21,139 bases of DNA from Natronincola sp. Lineage in GTDB: Bacteria; Bacillota; Limnochordia; Darwinibacteriales; Darwinibacteriaceae. Made by a program: the position numbers and the translations under genes. The stretch is from contig DUPA01000013.1 in assembly GCA_012838515.1 (NCBI GenBank), positions 1 to 21,139 on the forward strand. Direction: 5' to 3'. The notes below the pieces were generated by a model that saw nothing but the letters and a program-made list of their open reading frames with translations, was not told the DNA's origin and ran no database searches. Each line of letters opens with the position of its first letter. Positions within the stretch are counted from its first letter, which is position 1. This document shows positions 16,422-21,139 of the stretch, one piece after another.

Positions 16422-17558
16422 TTAGATAATAACTAATTCACCAAATAGTGCACCTGCCGCTTTAATAGCTTGTAGAATCGCAATAATATCCCTTGGTGTG
16501 GCACCAACCGCATTTAAAGCGTCGACTAAGTCCTGAACATTCGGGGCACCGCCTAAAACGGTAAATTGGCTGTGCTCTTCATCCACATCCAATGTACTGG
16601 CTTGACCAACAACCGTACTACCGCCTGAAAGAGACGGAGGTTGTGATACAACCAATTCATTTTTTACTTGAACTTTTAGATTACCATGGGAAACCGCCAC
16701 AGTCGCAACGCGAACGGACGCCCCCATTACAACCGTTCCCGTCCTTTCGTTAATGACAACACGGGCATTAACATCAGGTCTAATGGGTAGTTCTTCAAGT
16801 TCAGCAATAAACCCTACTAAATTACTTAAATATTCCTCGGGAACCATAATATCAACGGTGGATTGGTCATAAGCACTGGCCAGAGTTTCTCCGTAAACAT
16901 CATTTACTACTTTGGCCAATCGCGAAGCAGTGGTGAAGTCAGGTTCAAATAATACTAATGAAATTTGACCATCGTTGGCCAAATCATCTTTCATTAGTTC
17001 CCGTTCGACTATGGCACCGTTGGGAATTGTTCCCACAGTTGCATGGTTTACTTGTGCTCCTCCCCCGCCTCCACGTACCACAAAACCACCTATGGAAACA
17101 GAACCTTGGGCAACGGCAAAAATTTGCCCATTTGCAGCTTGTAAAGGTGTTTGTAGTAAAAGCCCACCTTGCAAACTACGGGCATCACCAATTGACGAAA
17201 CGGTAACATCAATGCGATCTCCACTTCTTAAAGATGAAGGCAAATCGGCCGTAACAGTTACCGCAGCAATGTTACGCATCCTTAAGTCATTTGCGGAAAC
17301 ACTTATACCGAATCCTTCAAGCATATTAGCAATCATTTGAATGTTAGCTCTCGAACCGGCTCCATCACCTGTGCCCTGAAGGCCAACTACTAAGCCAAGT
17401 CCATAAATCTGGTTATCCCGCACTCCAAGTACACGAGCGACATCTTTAACCCGTACAATGGGTGTATCGTACATGATGGGCTCAACAGTCTGGGCGCCTG
17501 CTAAACTCGCACTAATTAACACTACTATGAGAGCTAACCATTTTGTCTTCTTAAGCAT
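16422..17558 (-). CDS. flgI: Flagellar P-ring protein FlgI
   Basis: 378 aa with a signal peptide. Canonical FlgI motifs: RVKD...VRDNQ..GYGLVVGL.GTGD, NIAAV.VTA.LP, PLQAANGQ.FAVAQG, ARVV.NERTGT.VMG, DLV.ALNA.GA.P.D.I.ILQA.K.AGAL. Confidence 0.95.
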   Translation of the reverse strand: MLKKTKWLALIVVLISASLAGAQTVEPIMYDTPIVRVKDVARVLGVRDNQIYGLGLVVGLQGTGDGAGSRANIQMIANMLEGFGISVSANDLRMRNIAAVTVTADLPSSLRSGDRIDVTVSSIGDARSLQGGLLLQTPLQAANGQIFAVAQGSVSIGGFVVRGGGGGAQVNHATVGTIPNGAIVERELMKDDLANDGQISLVLFEPDFTTASRLAKVVNDVYGETLASAYDQSTVDIMVPEEYLSNLVGFIAELEELPIRPDVNARVVINERTGTVVMGASVRVATVAVSHGNLKVQVKNELVVSQPPSLSGGSTVVGQASTLDVDEEHSQFTVLGGAPNVQDLVDALNAVGATPRDIIAILQAIKAAGALFGELVII

Positions 17559-17572
17559 CTGGGCTCCTCCTT

Positions 17573-18157
17573 CTAAAACAACCAGTTAAAGATGCGAGTT
17601 ATAATTCCGGGATTATTTTTGTCTGCCACAATACCCGTTCCTAAAAAAGCGATTTCAGCATCTGCCACAAATGTGGAAAGCACTGTATTATCAGGTGTAA
17701 CATCTTGATTGCGAACTAACCCTGAAATCACAATTTCTTGTTCGTCACCATTTATGAGGATCTTCTGACGACCTTCTATTTTCATAGTATTATTGGGATA
17801 CGTCTCCACAACTTTTGTTGTTAGCTTAGCCTGCAGACTTCCTCCGCGGCTGGTGGAACCATCTGATTTAAAGGAATCTCCACCGCCTACCTTTAATAAA
17901 GGAATCAAGTCTGCCAAAACACCCACACCGGGTCCCACCGAAACTTCCGATTCTTTTCCCGCGTTAGTATTAGCGTTTTGCCTAGCTTGCGCTTGCTCCA
18001 CAATTATAACTGTAACCAAATCACCTGGGTTTCTCGCCTTTTTGTCTTGAAACATAGATGTCCCATCCACGGGAAATAAAGAGTTTGCGCTTGCATTAAC
18101 CGAAACAATCAGCATTAACACTATTAAATTCAGAAACACAACCTTATTTATCTTCAT
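17573..18157 (-). CDS. flgH: Flagellar L-ring protein FlgH (no lipobox Cys)
   Basis: 194 aa. FlgH motifs SLF.D.KAR..GD.VTV...E, T.V.E..PNG...I.G...I..N.......SG.VR..D...DNTV.S...ADA.I. Type I signal peptide ...VSVNASA/NS. Confidence 0.9.
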   Translation of the reverse strand: MKINKVVFLNLIVLMLIVSVNASANSLFPVDGTSMFQDKKARNPGDLVTVIIVEQAQARQNANTNAGKESEVSVGPGVGVLADLIPLLKVGGGDSFKSDGSTSRGGSLQAKLTTKVVETYPNNTMKIEGRQKILINGDEQEIVISGLVRNQDVTPDNTVLSTFVADAEIAFLGTGIVADKNNPGIITRIFNWLF

Positions 18158-18939
18158 GGAGTACCTGACCCCCTCATGTTTACCTGAACAGTCTCTTTAT
18201 CAATTATTTCCGCTTGCACAATTTGTTTTGACAATGAATTTTCCACGGATACAGTTTCTCCTATACCACCCGTACCTTTTGCCACACCGGGAGCCGTCAC
18301 CACCAAAGAGCCGGTATAAACAACAATTGTAACATTATCGCCCCGTTCAATTACTGGTATAGGTTCCACATTTAAGCTCGTAAAAGCGGTATCTTGTAAG
18401 ATTGTTCTTTTTGCCCTTAGACCAATAAGTTCTTCTATGCCACGTCCATCGGGTTTAGCATTTCGCAGCTCAACTTTGGCAATCTTTAGATCTTCAGCGG
18501 TAATAATGTCACCTCTTCTAAGATCTCGGGCAGCAACAACCACATCGTGTAGTAAAATACCATTTTCTTCTGCCTTAGTGTTTTGTTCTTTTCTTTCGTT
18601 TCTTCCAAATATTTGAACCTCAAGAGGGCCGGCAAACTCAACTTTTTTTACATCTATACCTGCTTGCCGTAGACGTACTTCAATTTGCCCCTTAGTGAGT
18701 CTTCGAGAGCTTCCCGGTCTAGGGGCCGCGCCTGCATTTACCTTTGAGACCTCAGCCACCAGTTCCTTTGGGCCTGTGATCTCCGCTATTTCCCCCAAAA
18801 GAATCCATTGCCCCTGTACCTCTGCGTTTTCAGATAAATTAAGAATAACTTGTTCTAACTCGGTTGCTCCACATGCCGAGATAGCAAACAAAAGACCGAT
18901 TAAAACCAAGATTACACGCTTAAATCCCCATAACTTCAT
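18154..18939 (-). CDS. flgA: Flagellar P-ring assembly chaperone FlgA
   Basis: SAF/ChapFlgA-type sequence (RRGDIITAEDL..., ERGDNVTIVVYTGSLVVTAPGVAKGTGGIGETVSVENSLSKQIV.A). Start placed at ATG 18939, giving signal peptide MKLWGFKRVILVLIGLLFAISAC. The track start at 18981 would overlap flgG and lacks an RBS. Stop overlaps the flgH start by 4 nt. Confidence 0.8.
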   Translation of the reverse strand: MKLWGFKRVILVLIGLLFAISACGATELEQVILNLSENAEVQGQWILLGEIAEITGPKELVAEVSKVNAGAAPRPGSSRRLTKGQIEVRLRQAGIDVKKVEFAGPLEVQIFGRNERKEQNTKAEENGILLHDVVVAARDLRRGDIITAEDLKIAKVELRNAKPDGRGIEELIGLRAKRTILQDTAFTSLNVEPIPVIERGDNVTIVVYTGSLVVTAPGVAKGTGGIGETVSVENSLSKQIVQAEIIDKETVQVNMRGSGTP

Positions 18940-18943
18940 GATT

Positions 18944-19732
18944 TTATCTGCGTAAATTGTTCGCTGTTTGGAGCATATCATCTGAGGCTTGAATTGCCTT
19001 TGAATTCGTTTCGTAAGCCCTCTGTGAAACGATCATGTTTACCATTTCTTCAACTACTTGTACATTGGACATCTCTAAGAAGTTCTGACTTAAAGTACCG
19101 AACCCATCAAGCCCGGGGGTTCCCACCATGGGATCTCCGCTGGCGGCTGTTGCAGAATAGAGATTTTTACCTTCGCTTTTTAAGCCCGCGGCATTCACAA
19201 AGCGCACTATTTCCAGTTCGCCGATTTCTTCAGGTGATTCTCCTCCCGGTCGCATAATACTAACTGTCCCATCCGTTCCGATGCTTAGTTCTAATGCTTC
19301 TTCAGGAATCACAATTTCCGGTTCGATTGGAAAACCGTCGGAAGTTGTCAATCGTCCATATGCATCTAATTTAAAGGCACCATCTCTAGTGTATTTTACG
19401 CCACCGTCCGGCAATAAGACTTGAAAGAACCCATCACCTTCGATTACCACGTCTAATGGATTATCAGTCTGCTGATACATACCTTGAGAAAAGATCCTTT
19501 GCGTTGCCACGGTCCTAACACCATGACCGATTTGAATTCCCGTTGGTACTTGGGCTCCTGCTGTTGAAGGAGTACCTGCATACTTAACCGTTTGATATAA
19601 AAGATCCTGAAAATCTACCCTGCTTTTTTTAAATCCTGTAGTATTTACGTTCGCTAGATTATTGGAAATCGTATCAATTTTTGTTTGTTGAGCCACCATA
19701 CCGGAGGCAGCCGTCCATAAAGATCTCATCAT
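18944..19732 (-). CDS. flgG: Flagellar basal-body distal rod protein FlgG (FlhP-like)
   Basis: 262 aa. N-terminus MMRSLWTAASGM.AQQ..ID.ISNNLANVNTTGFK and C-terminus LE.SNV..V.EMV.MI..QRAYE.NSK.IQ..D.ML. AAGGAGGG RBS. Confidence 0.9.
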   Translation of the reverse strand: MMRSLWTAASGMVAQQTKIDTISNNLANVNTTGFKKSRVDFQDLLYQTVKYAGTPSTAGAQVPTGIQIGHGVRTVATQRIFSQGMYQQTDNPLDVVIEGDGFFQVLLPDGGVKYTRDGAFKLDAYGRLTTSDGFPIEPEIVIPEEALELSIGTDGTVSIMRPGGESPEEIGELEIVRFVNAAGLKSEGKNLYSATAASGDPMVGTPGLDGFGTLSQNFLEMSNVQVVEEMVNMIVSQRAYETNSKAIQASDDMLQTANNLRR

Positions 19733-19854
19733 AACAAAAAACCCTCCTTGTTTGTTCGTCTAAAAACAATGCAAGAAAAGGGGTTAGAAACCATCTCTGT
19801 CGGTCGATAGTCTCATAGGCTTCTGTTTACCAGTCCGGCCCGTTCCCCAAAACA

Positions 19855-20598
19855 CTATACATCATTCAGTTTACCAAGAGTCTCATCGTATGCTTGTACC
19901 ACTTTTTGGTTTGCTTCGTAAGCTCTTTGGATTTTAATTAAATCAACCATTTCCCTAACAACGTTAACATTTGCCATTTCAATAACGCCAGGTGCTACCC
20001 TTGTTTCTATAACGAAAGCGTCACCTGCTTCCGGCAAGGCTTCATACATGTTAGCGCCGCTTCTCGCTAGTCCTTGAAGATTATCAAAACTCATGAGTAA
20101 AAGCCTGTCCGCCACTTCTCCATCAATGAAGATTTCGCCTTCTTCATTGAAAAGCACTTCTTCAGCTTCGCCCACATAGATTGGACCGGCCTCCCCTTGA
20201 ACAAGATTTCCGTTTAGGGTAGTCAAATAGCCATCTAGATTGATTGTAAACCGTCCATCACGTGTAAATCTAGGACCTTCAGGGCTATCGATTGCAAAAA
20301 ATCCTTCTCCCACTATGGCTAAATCTAAAGGGTTTTCAGTTGTCTTCAGGCTCCCCGGAGCAAAGGATGTATGACTACCCTCTACCCATGCACCCGTACC
20401 CAATCTACCAATAACCTGTCTTTGTCCTTGGTAAACCCGGGAAATGGGGGCATCGGGATAAGAATAAACATGAGCCACCTGCTTTTGAAAACCCACTGTA
20501 TCAACGTTGGCTAAGTTATTGCCGGTCACATCCATGCGAGTCGATTCCATAAGCATACCTGATGCCGCAGTATAGATGCCACGAACTATTCTCATCAC
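19855..20598 (-). CDS. flgF: Flagellar basal-body rod protein FlgF/FlgG family (FlhO-like, proximal rod)
   Basis: 247 aa. N-terminus RGIYTAASGM......DV.GNNLANV.T.GF and C-terminus NV.VV.EMV.LI..QRAYEANQKV.Q. Start is ambiguous (GTG 20598 or ATG 20595; the GGGAGGTG SD abuts both). Confidence 0.8.
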   Translation of the reverse strand: MMRIVRGIYTAASGMLMESTRMDVTGNNLANVDTVGFQKQVAHVYSYPDAPISRVYQGQRQVIGRLGTGAWVEGSHTSFAPGSLKTTENPLDLAIVGEGFFAIDSPEGPRFTRDGRFTINLDGYLTTLNGNLVQGEAGPIYVGEAEEVLFNEEGEIFIDGEVADRLLLMSFDNLQGLARSGANMYEALPEAGDAFVIETRVAPGVIEMANVNVVREMVDLIKIQRAYEANQKVVQAYDETLGKLNDV

Positions 20599-20640
20599 CT
20601 CCCTAATTCTTAAAAACCATAATTAAGTGTCTTATAAAGT

Positions 20641-20669
20641 TTATCGGCAAGTTACCAAATTAGCTTTAG
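20641..20669 (-). promoter_or_regulatory. Sigma-28 (FliA/SigD)-type promoter upstream of flgF; -35 overlaps the mreB stop codon
   Basis: Minus strand has CTAAAG (TAAA = 20668..20665), a 16-nt spacer, then GCCGATAA (20648..20641). The -10 octamer is an exact match to the sigma-28 consensus TAAA-N15-GCCGATAA, and the spacer is 1 nt longer than canonical. Confidence 0.55.
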
Positions 20670-21139
20670 CGCGCTCTGGAATAAGTTCCAACAAAAGCAC
20701 CACTAGGTATGGATTTTTTGAATTTGTCTAAGATTTCTCCGGTTCCTTCAACAACACAATTGAGCGGCTCTTCGGCAACATGTACAGGTACACCGGTTTT
20801 TTCTTGAATTAAACGTGGAATGCCATGTAATAGTGCTCCACCACCTGTTAATGAAAGACCCTTATTGACTATATCCGCGGCTAGCTCAGGCGGGGTTACT
20901 TCTAAAACACTACGAATTGCATCAATTATACTCTGGAATGGTTCTTCCAATGCAGGATAAATATCAACTGCAGATATTTCAATTGTTGCCGGCAAACCCG
21001 TAACTAAATCTCGACCTCGAATGGTCATTCTTTGGTCCTCTTCAGGATAAGCACTTGCCACTTGGGTTTTTATATCTTCAGCAGTGCGATCACCAATGGC
21101 TAGGTTGTACATTCTCTTTACATGACGAATAATGGCCGC
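20666..21139 (-). CDS. mreB: Rod-shape-determining actin homologue MreB/Mbl, C-terminal ~157 codons (5' end outside window)
   Basis: Frame is open to the right edge (AAIIRHVKRMYNLAIGDRTAE.IK...RGRDL.TGLP....I......AL.EP...I..AI...LE.TPPEL..DI...G..LTGGGALL.G...L...TG.PV..AE.PL.CV..G.G). The internal Met at 21112 in the ORF track is not the start. Confidence 0.9.
   Translation of the reverse strand, partial: AAIIRHVKRMYNLAIGDRTAEDIKTQVASAYPEEDQRMTIRGRDLVTGLPATIEISAVDIYPALEEPFQSIIDAIRSVLEVTPPELAADIVNKGLSLTGGGALLHGIPRLIQEKTGVPVHVAEEPLNCVVEGTGEILDKFKKSIPSGAFVGTYSRAR

Noticed and set aside
633-19257. All plus-strand ORFs in the track (633..935, 701..883, 1635..1961, 2407..2649, 4180..4371, 7573..7758, 8264..8461, 8597..8839, 10895..11110, 11911..12216, 13081..13290, 13808..14005, 14292..14741, 14596..14859, 16958..17206, 16975..17340, 17793..18050, 18695..18955, 18994..19257)
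   Set aside because: Most lie entirely antisense within a well-supported minus-strand gene; a few (e.g. 633..935, 10895..11110, 14292..14741, 14596..14859, 18695..18955) also run across an adjacent gene or a short intergenic spacer. All have low-complexity or odd composition (Ser/Pro/Thr/Arg-rich), no RBS and no recognisable motifs. They are typical shadow ORFs.
19733-19854. Unusually long 122-nt spacer between flgF and flgG: possible regulatory RNA, attenuator or internal promoter
   Set aside because: Searching by eye I found only 3-5 bp stems (for example GGUU-UCUA-AACC), no convincing hairpin plus U-tract, no sigma-70 or sigma-28 hexamers and no small ORF. It may still be worth a covariance or fold scan, but nothing is supportable from sequence alone.
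1-21139. Scan for CRISPR repeats, IS or transposase ends, integrase/att sites, tRNA/rRNA, toxin-antitoxin or defence-type genes
   Set aside because: I saw no direct-repeat arrays, inverted terminal repeats, cloverleaf-like segments or recombinase/nuclease-type ORFs. Every ORF longer than 100 aa is accounted for by envelope or flagellar functions.

Overview
All supported genes in this 21 kb window lie on the minus strand. Together they form one envelope-biogenesis and flagellar cluster of the kind found in diderm (LPS outer membrane) Firmicutes-like bacteria such as Halanaerobiales or Negativicutes. That lineage call is inferred from gene content, strong GGAGG-type ribosome-binding sites, mbl-flhO-flhP-like synteny and visibly acidic proteins; no species can be named. 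In transcription order (high to low coordinate) the window holds: the 3' part of mreB/mbl; a sigma-28-type promoter; flgF(flhO-like)-flgG(flhP-like)-flgA-flgH-flgI and a rod-binding-only flgJ, closed by a strong terminator; an AMIN-like/phosphodiester-glycosidase (DUF2233/NAGPA) gene interrupted by an in-frame TAG; a secreted SpoIVB-like S55 peptidase; bamA with a terminator; a secreted acidic coiled-coil protein and a Skp/OmpH-like chaperone with a terminator; a Gly-rich small beta-barrel OMP; lptF/G-lptD-lptC-lptA; an atypical ABC pair with its own promoter; fabZ; lptB; and the first 34 codons of a DUF3084-like membrane protein. The ABC pair joins a 707-aa membrane protein, which has a ~530-aa periplasmic coiled-coil domain, to a GlnQ/HisP-type ATPase. 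I saw no rRNA, tRNA, CRISPR array, IS/transposase, integrase or long repeat. The best candidate for an undescribed system is this ABC pair, wedged between the Lpt genes and fabZ/lptB. Secondary points are the amber-interrupted glycosidase, the Ser-before-His motif order in the S55 protease, a Cys-free FlgH, and an unassigned small OMP. All homology calls come from reading motifs by eye; no database search was possible.
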